A stretch of DNA of 32,612 nucleotides from Toensbergia leucococca (lineage: Eukaryota). Location: positions 1 through 32,612 of the forward strand of contig JALDZS010000239.1 of NCBI GenBank assembly GCA_022813965.1, read 5' to 3'. Below the pieces are notes generated by a model. It was not told the origin of the DNA. It made no database searches and worked only from the letters and a program-made list of their open reading frames with translations. The position numbers were made by a program, and so were the translations under genes. The stretch's first letter is position 1; every line of letters starts with the position of its first letter. Positions 1 through 11,518 of the stretch are shown piece by piece.

Positions 1-1018
1 TTTGCAGTCATGCCTGTTTTTCCGCTTCCTAAGATACCAGTACACCACAACGTTGACGACGTTTTTTCAAGTTTCCATCTGTTGAGCTCGTCCAGTGTAG
101 ACACCCACGTTGAAGTTCCTTGCTTTCTCGCTTGCTTCCATGCTGTCTGGTGATTGTATGTTGATAGCGCCTTCCAAACGGCTAACTTCATTTTCCTTTC
201 CCTCCATTGATGGGCCTCTCCTAGCTCTTGGTCGGTTCTGTGTCGGAATTTCAACCCTAGAGATCTATAACTATCGTTCTTTCGCCTTTCCAACTCCTGA
301 CTCTTTGATTCTTTGATTTGCGCTCGTTTCGAAGCCAGTGATACCTCTTCGCTTATTTCAAGTCCAAGACTGTCGAGATTCTTCTGAAAGGAGCCGAATT
401 CAACTTCAAATGGCTTCAGCAGCGAAGTGGCAGCTTGTGCTAAAGAGTGTCTATTCGAACACGTGATAGCCTTGCTACAGAGGCGTATTATCAGCGCAAA
501 ATAGCTGTGTAAGGCTTTCTGTAGCGTCACTGACGTAGGGTATAGCATTGCGAGTTCGCTGAACCTTGGACAAGTCCTACCAATCTTCATGAAAAGATTG
601 GACAATTTGTCAAAATAGGAAGAGAAATTATTAGCAGCCTTGGAATGTCAGCGAGCAGAAGAGGATCTGTGACGGCAGTTGGCATCACCAAAAGAGCCAA
701 TTTCACGCCTCCCCACGTCAAAGCAGCAATGTTAGATTGAGAACTACCAATAGACACATCGATGACTGTCGTGAATTGTTGGACCGACTCTAGGATGTTA
801 GTAAGCCGTGAACCGATACAGCGACTCCTGCGATTGCTATTCTTTCTATCGATCTCGCTTGTAAGCTTCATCACAGCAGTCGCGTCAGGTATCTCGCTGG
901 AAAAAGAGTGCAGCTGGATCTTCTGCTCATGGTTGATAAGAGACTCAAACTCGCTCAGTGCCTGGCCGAGACAGATTTCGGGCTTCAACTTCGCCGCCTT
1001 CGAAATTACGAGGGCCAT
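1..1018 (-). CDS. NACHT (STAND NTPase) domain protein, fungal NLR-like; 5' part only, runs off the window edge
   Basis: Exon 1 1018-689, GT..AG intron 688-639 (GCTGAC branch), exon 2 638-1 open throughout: AANNFSSYFDKLSNLFMKIGRTCPRF...TAWKQARKQGTSTW...STLWCTGILGSGKTGMT. Walker A GILGSGKT preceded by 'LWC', and the helical N-terminus (KPEICLGQALSEFE), are typical of fungal NACHT proteins. Confidence 0.88.
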
Positions 1019-1689
1019 GATGATAGCGATCTAGGATTGATCGGGCTCCTACTTAGGCTCACAATATTGCGCGATGAACAACGATGGTAGCGATGAGATC
1101 GGGGCTGCCATCAAGCAAAGTAAAGCAGAGATGATAAGGAAACTGTGATAGAAGTATGTCAAGTCGTCGAACAGAAATGTGGGGTCTTCAGCCTCGTGAG
1201 AAGGCTGCAACACTGCATGGTAGATCAACACCATAGGCCAATAAAGTGCTTGCCTATCTAGATTAGATAAGTAGGTGGGTAAAATCCACAGCCAATGGTG
1301 ACTGTTCACATTGAAACTCGGGGAAGCTGGGCTAGGCCATCTGCTTGCTGCTCGCTACTTGTTGCTTACTTTCAATCAGGGATCGACAAAGCATTGTTGT
1401 AGTGTTCTCTGGTTAAGGCGTTGCTGTCTACGAGAGAAATTATCAGAAAGATAGAGCCGCATTGAAAGAGTTGTTGATGTGGGTTTTGATAGAGTGGTGG
1501 AGGAATCACAAGAGTTCACCCCCACCCCCGAACCTGCCAGCCTTATACGGCTAGGCCAGAAATCTATTTGTTTTTACCATCTAGCGCCGCTTAAGTATGG
1601 TGGTGGCAGAATCAGTACCCGGCCTGGTGATTTCAATCCATTGCGTACCTACTCTCGTACCCTACTTTTCTTAAATCGAATTCTCCCTC

Positions 1690-3285
1690 ATGGCCTCAAA
1701 CACGTGGGCTCTGTCCCAACTATCCCGCCTACTCCCCATCGATACAGAGTCCCTCCAACAAACCATCACCTACGCATCCACCCTCCCCAAAGAAACCGCA
1801 GCTGAGCACTTCAAGACCCTCCTCGGCGACTCCCCCCAAGCCCTTGAATTCATCAGTTCCTTCAACTCCCGTCGCCAAGAACCTAGTACCGGACCACAGC
1901 CAACAACAGATGAGCCCTCACACGTCCCTCGCAAATCCCACAAGAAGAAAGCACCTCTCCACAAGCTGCCTCCTCCACGACAGCCAGAAAATCATGGAAA
2001 TGTGGGAAGTGCATACCAGAAGAAGGACGAGGACGATTATATGTCCGCTACAATTCGACCTCGCAAAGAAACTCCCCTGGTAAATACCTCAATCCTCTCC
2101 TTAGAACCGGAAGCAGTCCAACGCCCCACTCCCTCCAAACCCCCACCCTCAGCCTCTGGACCTCTAATCTCCGACCTTCCCAACGTCCGTACAAAAACCC
2201 CCCGCACCGCATCCCCCGCCCCACAAAACAAAACAAAAATCACCCTCACCGGCGGCCCCGCCATGCATGGCGCCTCAACCACCCTCTCAGACTTGGATTC
2301 AGCAATCCAATCCCTCGAACTACAAACCAACCCCACTCTATCTACCTCCCCCTCCACCCGCCGCTGCACTTGCCTCGCAACTCGCCACCCACTCCTAACC
2401 GCCGCCCCCAACTGCCTTAACTGCGGCAAAATTATCTGCGTAAAAGAAGGTCTAGGCCCCTGCACCTTCTGCGGCTCCCCCCTCCTCACGCCCCAGGAAA
2501 CAAACTCAATGATTCGCGCCCTCCGCTCCGAGCGCGGCCAGGAGAAAATGTCTCAAAACAACGCCTCCCACCGCCGCCCAGATGTCGCTCAAACACCACG
2601 TCCCTTCACAACCACCACCCCTCCTTCCACCACCACTTCAGCCACCGAAACTTCCACCCTCGACCTCGCCCGCCAACACCGCGACAAGCTCCTCACTTAC
2701 CAAAGCCAGAACGCGCGCCGCACGCATGTGATTGACGAGGCTGCCGACTTCGAAACACCCACTGCGGGACAGAGCATGTGGAGCAGCCCCGTCGAGCGAG
2801 CGGCGCAGTTGAAGCGGCAGCAGAAGGTATTGCGGGAACAGGAATGGAATGCGCGACCCGAGTATGAGAAGAGGAGGGTTGTTGTCAGCGTGGACCTGGT
2901 TGGTGGAAAAGTAGTTCGACGTATGGCAGAGGTAGAGAAGCGTAGGGAGGATTGGGAAGATACGACTGACGTGATGGAAGACGAAGCAGCGAATAAAGGA
3001 AAAACCAAAGCTGAAAGCAGTAATGGTGGAGCTTTCAGCCGCAATCCGCTCTTAGGATCCCTGATCCGCCCTATCTGGAAAGCTCCAGATATCGAAGCTG
3101 ACTCCGTCCCCAACGGAAACTTGGAGAACGGAGGTCCCGAGAAGCAAGCTCGGCATTCGAACATGTGGCGCAAGGTCCAAGACGACAACGACGATAACGA
3201 GGCGGTGATCTTGAACGGAGGCGTTTATGGGGGTGGAGCTGAGGGGGAAAGGAGGCTTGGAGCGGAGGAGAGGGCTGTGGGGTAG
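1690..3285 (+). CDS. RQT4: C2HC5 zinc-finger protein, ASC-1/TRIP4/Rqt4 homologue (ribosome quality-control trigger complex)
   Basis: Single-exon 531-aa ORF; CTCLATRH...CLNCGKIICVKEGLGPCTFCG is the zf-C2HC5 motif, followed by the conserved 'RDKLL.YQ...RT.VIDEAADF'. Confidence 0.88.
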   Translation: MASNTWALSQLSRLLPIDTESLQQTITYASTLPKETAAEHFKTLLGDSPQALEFISSFNSRRQEPSTGPQPTTDEPSHVPRKSHKKKAPLHKLPPPRQPENHGNVGSAYQKKDEDDYMSATIRPRKETPLVNTSILSLEPEAVQRPTPSKPPPSASGPLISDLPNVRTKTPRTASPAPQNKTKITLTGGPAMHGASTTLSDLDSAIQSLELQTNPTLSTSPSTRRCTCLATRHPLLTAAPNCLNCGKIICVKEGLGPCTFCGSPLLTPQETNSMIRALRSERGQEKMSQNNASHRRPDVAQTPRPFTTTTPPSTTTSATETSTLDLARQHRDKLLTYQSQNARRTHVIDEAADFETPTAGQSMWSSPVERAAQLKRQQKVLREQEWNARPEYEKRRVVVSVDLVGGKVVRRMAEVEKRREDWEDTTDVMEDEAANKGKTKAESSNGGAFSRNPLLGSLIRPIWKAPDIEADSVPNGNLENGGPEKQARHSNMWRKVQDDNDDNEAVILNGGVYGGGAEGERRLGAEERAVG

Positions 3286-4324
3286 AGATGAGGCTTTTTG
3301 TGCTTGGGGGCGAGGCTTGCTTGATGGGGACTCCAGCTGTGTTAGATCTATCAGATCAGTCAGATCGCTGATTCGCGCAGAGGCTGTGGAATCGCTACCT
3401 TTGACCACGTGCTCTTTTGTTTCTCTTGACACTCACTCCTTGCTTTTATGTCTGCCTGTTGTCCCTTGTACCCCCAATTTTTCGCCAACCGGGTAGTAAG
3501 CAGCTCACGGCCACCGCAAAATGAAGGGCGTGCATGCCCCACTTTTTTGCTCTTTCGTGGGCCACCACGCCACAACAAACACTCAAGGTTTCAAGACCAT
3601 GATATTTTTTATCCCCTGCTCACACCTTTGTGGGGAAAACTGCAACTCCGCATCCTGGGTCTTTGTGGGCACCTGTTTCTTCACATCCTCCCCCCTTTCT
3701 CACTAGATCAAACCTCGTTGAAGTCACTCCTCACATCTTCAGTCCTCTTCTCTCTCACTCACTCACACCCCTCTCACCAGCTCTCAGAATCATGATCAGA
3801 AGGTTTTATTCTTCTCTAACCCCTGACACTTGACGCTCTTTTCTTACCAAGGGCTGTTGAGAGTCACATTTTCTACCTTTTTCATTGATATGATGTGAAG
3901 GATGTGAATGTTCTTTACATCGATAATCTCACTAACTGCAAGAAGAATTCAGAGAGCTTTGATAACAAGTTGTCAGTGAACAGCCTACTTACATCTTGAT
4001 ATTACTCTGCTCAGCTTCGTAAGCTCAAAGGTCACTCCCACAGCCAGGACAATCAAAATGCCACCGAATAGTTGCGTCTTCGATGCAGCCAAGAAGTGAT
4101 GTTTACGCGTTGAAATAATAAACAAGAAATTCATAACAATGCCCCGAACCCAAGTGAGCGACGAAGAAAGGAGATGCAAATGCAGAAGTGAGAGAGAATG
4201 CTTTGACCGTGTCTTTGATTGAATTCGCCATCGAGGCTGAGCTTCACCGACTTGTGTAGCAACGCAATTTGCAGTCTCATAAATCTGTTAATCTTGAGCT
4301 CGCTTCAAGATGATCAAGGGTTCA

Positions 4325-5302
4325 AGGTCATGATCCAAGCGTGCGTCGGGCGGGTCACCGAAGAGGACGATCGGCAATGGGTGACTGAGATGATCTTATT
4401 TTTGCCGCCGCCGACCGGACGTCGCTGAGAGTGTAGATCTATTGAAGGAGTTTATGTTTCAAAGGACGTCGGTTGTGATGTGGCCGTATTTCTTTAGGGC
4501 GATACCGACATTTAGGAGACCGAGGGCTCCTACTTCGAGGGGACGGCCAATGGTAGAGAGGAGAATGGTGGTTTGGAGGGTGAATTGGTCAGTGGTGGAG
4601 GAGGTGTAGTGCACCTAGAGCTAGACTATTGGTTCGGTAGGCAAGGCGTCTTCGTGGAAGCGTGGGCGCCTTGACGCTTGTATTCGGCGGTGATGGGGTC
4701 TTGAATCTTGAAGTCGAAACTCCGAGGAGTCAAGTTTTGAGGATGAAGAGGTGTTCGCTACCGGAGGCGTGGGACGTGTCGGGCCATTTTCAAGGCGGCG
4801 TAGCCTGCGACGACGAGGGCGACGAGTTTGGCTCTAGTCTCGAGGTCGAGGAAGGCATCTGATGTGATGTGTAGGTTGCTGCAGGTGATATCTTGAGAAA
4901 TATTAAGCCAGCCATTGGTGGCGAAGATCGATTTCGGGGCATGTACAATCGCTTTGTCACCGTCATCGAAGCCGATTCAGCTTCGCAAGCGGAGAGCAGG
5001 CGGGCATGGCTATGGAGGTATGTGACCCTGTTGTTAGCGAGAATGCTCTCCAGGATAGTACTTCAGCGCTTGACACAGACGTCACGCTTGTCCTTGAATG
5101 GCGCCCAGTCGAAAGGAGTCATTTCTTGGAACGGAAAGCCGTAGGCGGCGACATTGTGGAGGATTTAAATTTCGGCGATGTTGGCAGCATACCAGGTGAC
5201 GTTTTTCAGTCAGTGTTGATTATTGTATCCGGATCTACATCCGACATTGACATAGGATCCTCCAAGTCTTTTGCTTTCCACAACGACGGCCTTGACCCCA
5301 TG
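4325..5302 (-). pseudogene. GLR1: Decayed glutathione-disulfide reductase (class-I pyridine nucleotide-disulfide oxidoreductase) relic
   Basis: Minus-strand translation across frameshifts gives, in GR order: HGVKAVVVESKRLGGSYVNVG(C), VTWYAANIAE, PFDWAPFKDKRDVCVKR*, SDAFLDLETRAKLVALVVAGYAAL, RSFDFKIQDPITAEYKRQG, TIGRPLEVGALGLLNVG, GHITTDVL*N, DR/LFG..DARLD. Stops at about 5165-5167, 5063-5065 and 4459-4461, plus several frameshifts. Confidence 0.85.
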
Positions 5303-6168
5303 TTAACCGTTTACTCATGAAACTTGCTACCATTTCTCTATATTCTTTGTATTCTTGTATCTGTTAATGAGACGAACCAAGTAGACATGTGACTGACCAG
5401 CTGCAGTGGAGTGATTGTCTCCATATCCATTACTGCATATGGTAGCGGCGCACAGTAACATGCTGAAGAGGGATTAATGCGTGATGACAGAGGAGGAGAC
5501 AACGATCAAGAGGCGTAGCTTCAACCAGAGCCAGATAGATAAAACAGTCGTAGAATGAGATTTGACATTGGCTCGGATGGATCGTGTCAACATTGGTCGA
5601 TCGATTCCATAAGGTAGTCCCAAAATAAGCGTGATAGGGGAAAGCAATCAGCCATGATTCCTAATCTTGCAGCCAACGTCCAACCACCGTTTCACAGCCG
5701 ACACGCCAGCCCCCTTAGCGCAAGCCTAAATGCTCGTCTATCTGTCTCCATCAGGGTTTGGACGAAGCGATCAGGTAATCAACTGTTCAGTCGTAGGCCT
5801 AGGGAGGTAACAAGGTAACCAAGGCTTCAGACGGCTGAATGCAATCCTAGTCATGTTGAGGAATCAAATTATCAAGCCTATCCACTCCCTCGACCGCTGT
5901 CAAGCCTCAGCCCAGATTCAAAGAACAGTCACCCATTTCATGCCGCACTGCATATCCTTCCCCAAACAACTCTGATTGTAACAACCATCGAGATGATGCA
6001 TTCCTATATTTGTCATGGCTGCCCTAATCACCTTCTTGAGTACCTTTTATATATCGCCTTTACCTGCTCTTCTCTTTCTGTCATCAACCCCATTGACCAT
6101 CACCTTCATATCAATCGACGGACAGTGGAGGAGCTTGCCTGTTACCGGATCAAATTCCAGACTCCCAA

Positions 6169-7936
6169 ATGGATCATCACACTCCAACCCTCGTCGGCTC
6201 CAATCCGAGCAATACCTCTGCCAATACCATGCAAGGTCACGACCAACCTACTGGTCACATGATGACCATGTCGGACCCGGATAATCCACAAAACTGGCCT
6301 TTGCACAGAAAGATCTATGCCTCTGCTGTTGCCTTTTTCTTTGCTTTTGCAGTGTATGACAACCCTTGCACATTTCGAATTCTTTTGAGAAATGCTAATG
6401 CCCCTTTCAGTGCCTTTGGTGTCACCGCCTATACATCAGCCATCACCGGGGTAATTGCAAAGTTTCATGTTTCCATGACCGTTGCCATTTTACCAATGTC
6501 GCTATATCTTCTCGGCATTGCTTTTGCACCAGTCACGACACCCCATTTGAGTGAAGCTTTTGGCCGATCAAGAGTCTATTTGACAAGTCTTCCTCTGTTC
6601 ATGCTTTTTGTACTTGGTTCTGGACTTGCAAACAACTTTGCAACTCTGGCAATATGCCGCTTCTTAGCAGGATTTTTCGGTGGTCCATGTTTGGTCCTCA
6701 TTGAAGGGACCTTTGCAGATGTCTGGTCCGCAGACGCAACGAACACCTACTATTCTGTCTTGACTTTAGCTTCCTTTGTTGGAACTGGTCTGGGTACGGA
6801 TTTTTGCTTTCTTTCCAATGGCAAGAAGACGATATGCTAATCATATCTCGTAGGTCCCGTAATCTGTGGCTTCGTCTTTGCGGCTGAAGATTGGCGTTGG
6901 ACTCAATGGGTCACTTTGATGGTCTCCCTTGCCGCATATCTTCTTGGAGTCGGTATCCCAGAGACTTATCCCCGGGCCATCATGTATCGACGAGCGAAAC
7001 GCCTCGGAACAACCTTGGTTCTAGAACCCGCTCAAAGTGGAGTCGTTCTATCAGACATGGCCTATGTCACCATCGTTCAACCTCTCAAACAGCTCGTCAG
7101 CGAACCTATAGTAGCCGGTATAACTCTGTATCTATCATTCAACTTCGCCGTTCTTTTCCAATTCTTCATCACCGTTCCGATTGTACTATCAACTGTGTAC
7201 AATTTCGAGATTCAACATGTCGGTCTCGCCTTTATCTCGCCAACCATTGGTGCTTTTGTAGCAGCTGCCACGTCAATCATAATCGACAGAGTTGCATATC
7301 CTATGCTTTCGAAGAAGCACCCCAATACTATGGTACCTATTGAGTATAGGTTGTATCCGGCCATGATTGGTGGATTTGCTATATTCGCATCGCTGTTCAC
7401 TATCGGATGGACTGCTAGTCCTAAATTCCCGTGGCGTGATCCAGTGGTGGGCACCGCGATATTTGTCTGGGGAAACATGTCGGTGTTGGTAAGTCAATCC
7501 GTCATTTCGATTTCGACGATTTAATATGTTGATTAATTCATGTTTTCAGATTTCTGCTGTCTCATACCTTTTCGATGCCTATCCACCTCGAGGAACTCTT
7601 TCCGCGCTCACAATCGCCGCCTCCATGAGGCTTGTCTTCGCCGCTTGGCTACCCCTAGTAATTGTGCAAAGTCAGTATACCAAGTCTGAGTTTCCCTTCT
7701 ACGAGGCATAATTAACAGAGGTGCTGTGATTAGTGTTTACAAACCTTACCGGCGCCTGGGCCCTGAGCACATTCGGTTTCATCCAAATCCTTTTCTTACC
7801 AATGCCGTGGCTTTTGTGGTACTTTGGGGCAGGCCTTCGATCCCGAAGCAAGTATAATCAGGGCATGATGCCGATGGGGAAGACTATGGATGATCCGGAG
7901 ATGCGCATGATGGCCCAGGAGAATGCTGGAACCTGA
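6169..7936 (+). CDS. MFS transporter, DHA1 (drug:H+ antiporter-1) family
   Basis: Five exons; introns 6354-6410, 6794-6853, 7489-7549, 7671-7733 (all GT..AG). Motifs DPDNPQNWP, LSEAFGR, RFLAGFFG, WRWTQW, PETYP, PIEYRL, YLFDAY; many hydrophobic helices. The start could instead be ATG 6229 or later. Confidence 0.92.
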
Positions 7937-8653
7937 TCTCAATCAAGAGGGACCTGGATCTACTTTCGCTCCTTTTCGGCGTTTCATCCTCGTTCTAGTG
8001 CTTTCGATGTTGTTTTACGATACCTCGCAATCTCTAAATGAAGTAGTCTTGTTCGCACCTCTTGTACAGACTAGATACATGGTCAGATTCATAATTACTA
8101 TAGCCTATATCTTCTTGGTCATGCGATGGTCGATATTTGTAAAAAGAAGAGAAACAGATTGCAGAAAATTGACGACTTTCTGCGTTAAATCCAAAACTAT
8201 TAATGTTTACAGTGACAGGTTTATCGAGATCTTCATGACGACCTCTCTTCAATGGCGAGTCGTCACGGCGGTAGCAAAGCCCTGAATAGGTTGATCTAGC
8301 CTCTTCTGAGCCGACCGGTGAGCGATGGACGCAAGGAAGAGGGGATAAAGGCGAGTTTTCTGATTTTTGAGACACTGGCTACGAGGAACTCCATCGTACA
8401 AACAGCTTAAAATATAGTATAGGGCGGAATCGACGTCGCTTCGGGATCGCATACTCAACTTGGCATCTTTGAAGGTGATCAAAGCAGAGCGAACCGCTTG
8501 TCGTGATTGTTCCGCAGCGCATGGATTTCTGGAACGAAGACGCGCACAATCCATCCCAAAACTTGGCGACTGTTATCCGGAGTCAGCAATGTTGCATCTG
8601 TCACCAACAAGGTCAAGCTGCACCCCACGACGACTCGTAGGAAAAATATGCAG

Positions 8654-9623
8654 ATGCCACGATCTTACTTCGTTGTACTTGTCGGGATATGCTTCGCCTC
8701 GTTTGTGATCACAAAGCGTGCAGGTAGTAATCAGCAACTGCATTCAGCCAATGCATTCTCCGGGCTGCATCGACCCAGAGTGCTAACCCTGGACAATCGA
8801 GCCGACTTTCTCAAATTTGCATTGAGTTCCGAGTACGTTCGTTAAGTGCCGCGGAGAATACTTCATTGAATCTGAAATACGCAGCATCCCAACCTCGCTC
8901 TTCAGTGTCGTCGCCACGAATTCCACGGGTGAAGACATCAGCTCCAGCATCGATCTTCTTCACGTCCACATTCCTGTCAGCTTAGGACTATCAAAACGAG
9001 ACCTTGCACGAGTCATAAACTCATGCCCTACGCCTGGAGCCAGTTTCATCCTGTCAACCTGCCAGCCAGATCGTTCTGCTCAAGCTTATAACATGGAATG
9101 TTCCTCGCGGATGGAATGGTGGGGGTACGATTCCGTCAGGGGTGACTGTGATCAAGATGAAATCTGCGTCGAAAGACAGCACATGCATGCTCACAATCTT
9201 GGTAACATTGCCAGCTTAGCATACTGCGTCAGTCACTTGAGTTTTGTCAAGATCGCGCAGGTTGCAGTCAGTCACAAGACTGCCCCTACCGGCGGTGTTA
9301 CTCAAGCAATACAGTCAGAGCCAAGCCTGCAATACTTCATCAGTGCAACGTTGACTAGCCTGGACAGTCTCTCTGTAATCAACGCATCGACTTTAGAAAT
9401 CCATCCCTTGGCTGTCAATGAGGACGCTTTTTTCAACACTCCGGTATGGTACCAATTACCTGGAGGGGACGCATCCTACTGTGAGGATTGCTCGGCTGTT
9501 AGCATCGCGCTTGTGCCACCGAAAACGCAGAGAGTCCACGTTGACGTGAGTCTGCAGGCAACAACGGAGACAGCGTTGCTATATCTAACTTCCTTTGCCG
9601 TCGACCCATCAAGTGGGATATGA
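8654..9623 (+). CDS. Secreted Cys-rich protein (~305 aa) with pro-domain and LSKR Kex2 site; FOLD/SIX6-like candidate effector
   Basis: Exon 1 8654-8832 (in-frame ATG also at 8648) encodes a hydrophobic N-terminus MPRSYFVVLVGICFASFVIT; intron 8833-8884 (GTACGT..CAG) joins in frame to the 9093-9623 ORF; LSKR at 8988-8999; 8 Cys in the predicted mature part. Confidence 0.8.
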
Positions 9624-10368
9624 GCAATTTGGTCAATTAGAAGCGGAGCGCTATACAGCAGTTGACATCCGATAGTATGAACATGCCGTGTTTGGACGAG
9701 TGTTACATACTCGCTGTTTTGCTCTCGTACCAGGCTCTTGATGAGCACCTGAGATGTCATTGACGCTTGTTTTACGTCTTCAATACCTTTACCTACGTAT
9801 CTCACTTTGCCGAATCCTAAATGCCATCTCTTCAGATATTCATAATTCTTGAAAAGAACAGGCGAAGGCTTTACTATCAGTGCTACCGGACCATTGCCTT
9901 CTCTCATCATCAAACACTAAAGATTCGAATGTCCGGACTGGAAGAGTTGACGGTAATTGAAAGAGTCTTATGTAATTGAAAGAGAACTTTCAAGGTATGG
10001 CACCTTAGTGCTGTGCTAGTCGTTGCTTCTCTTGTAGCATACCTACGGTGCCTTTGCCTTCAGTCTCAGATTATACTGCTGTTCCCATTAGTGCTCAGCC
10101 AATGATCCGTCAGCTACTTTGTGAACTCGAAGCTGTCGGACAATTGCGTAATTGACAACATGGGCCATTTCAGACTTGATAGGTCCATCATTGAGAGTTC
10201 CCCTAGGGTATCCCATACTCACTGCCAAAGATAAAGAAAATGGTACTCCGTACAAACAACCGATATAGATCTCCCAACTTCTAGATTCCAAGCCCATCTC
10301 GCAGCATTCGCCATTCCTGGCCGGGATTACCCGTGAGTACTTTCGTGGATTTGGGACGGATATATCAA

Positions 10369-11512
10369 TCAATCTCGCGATTCGAATTGTGCTATAGTCG
10401 AGTTGCAAAAAGTAGAATTGTTCGGCGGTAGCAGTGCTCCAAGCTTCAAATTCGACGCCTCGAAAACGATCCCGGAAGTGGATAGGCAGCACGCCTTTGA
10501 GACATACGAGCAATTACAAGGACATGCCATGGTTGATTCGTCTATGATTGGTACCACAGAGGCAGATATTGGCTCGATGACATTTGTTATGTTCGGGTCG
10601 ATTTCCATCAATTCCCGCCCACTATCCTGTGCCGAGTATGGAAGTTTACACGATCCGGTGAAGAACCCACTTCCGGTTCCTTGCCATGGGTCTGCAACAC
10701 ATTTGCAGCCACCGTAGCCTGTGCATAGATTGACGGGACCCGAACAATATTGACCGCACGAAGGACCACTCGGATTATCTTGTGCCCCCGATGAAGAAGC
10801 ACCATCAGGAGTAGTGTTCGCAATAAGGTATAAAGAATTACCAGCCAGTCTACCAATCCGGAAATAATTCTCCGTGCCTGATCGCTCGTTTGCTTGGATT
10901 TCCTGGTCGAAATGAGAGCCAGGTTGGTAAAGGACTAGCACAAGCTGCTTTCGATTACCTGATCCCACACCATGATCTATCAGTTTGGGAGCATTCAGAA
11001 CAATCGGTACTTCAATTACCTGTCAAACAATCTCCTCCTTGGGGAAAATTGGGTAGGCCTCCAAAATTCTGCGGAGTGAGACAAGTCATTCTGATTTGCA
11101 GTCCCGTTGCGGCAAAAGTGGCCCAGGAAGTCGTAGCAAATGATCGTTGTCCGTTTTCCAGAACAATGGGCATGATAGCCATTTTACAGCCAGCTAAAAG
11201 AAAGAGATATTCCTAAACATTGATTACTTTCTTCTAGCAATGAGACACGTAGCATTACAGACCATTCGCATATAGCTTAGGGATAAGTTCTCGTGAGCTC
11301 CATTGAGACTCTGAGACGTCAAGGGGCTGAAGCATGTTGGGCGAGCAAAAGATACGAGTCTCTGCATCCGCCAGACCCAATGCAGATTGCAGGTCAAAGC
11401 AGGCTCGTGGGTCTGGCTGACCGTAGCGTAAACTGCATCGCGGGTCGAACACGGATGCTTTGGTACGACACATCAGTATTGAAATGCTTGTCATAACAAC
11501 GAAAGGACGCAT
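10369..11512 (-). CDS. Secreted Cys-rich protein (~337 aa): putative KP4/Ecp2-like N-terminal domain plus two C-terminal Cys clusters
   Basis: Exons 11512-11263, 11193-11020, 10958-10369; introns 11262-11194 and 11019-10959 (GT..AG) keep one frame (1014 nt). Signal-peptide-like start MRPFVVMTSISILMCRTKA; 19 Cys including CGQYC..C..CKC..C and CPCNCSYVSKACC. Confidence 0.8.
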
Positions 11513-11518
11513 GATGGG

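Noticed and set aside
230..250. Suspected frameshift in the NACHT gene before the P-loop
   Set aside because: Careful re-reading shows a continuous frame (FRHRTDQELGEAHQW).
6354..6410. Stop-free, in-frame introns (MFS 6354-6410; PTH11-like 30860-30910) translated in the ORF track
   Set aside because: Canonical splice signals, and retention would insert polar residues into TM regions; ordinary introns.
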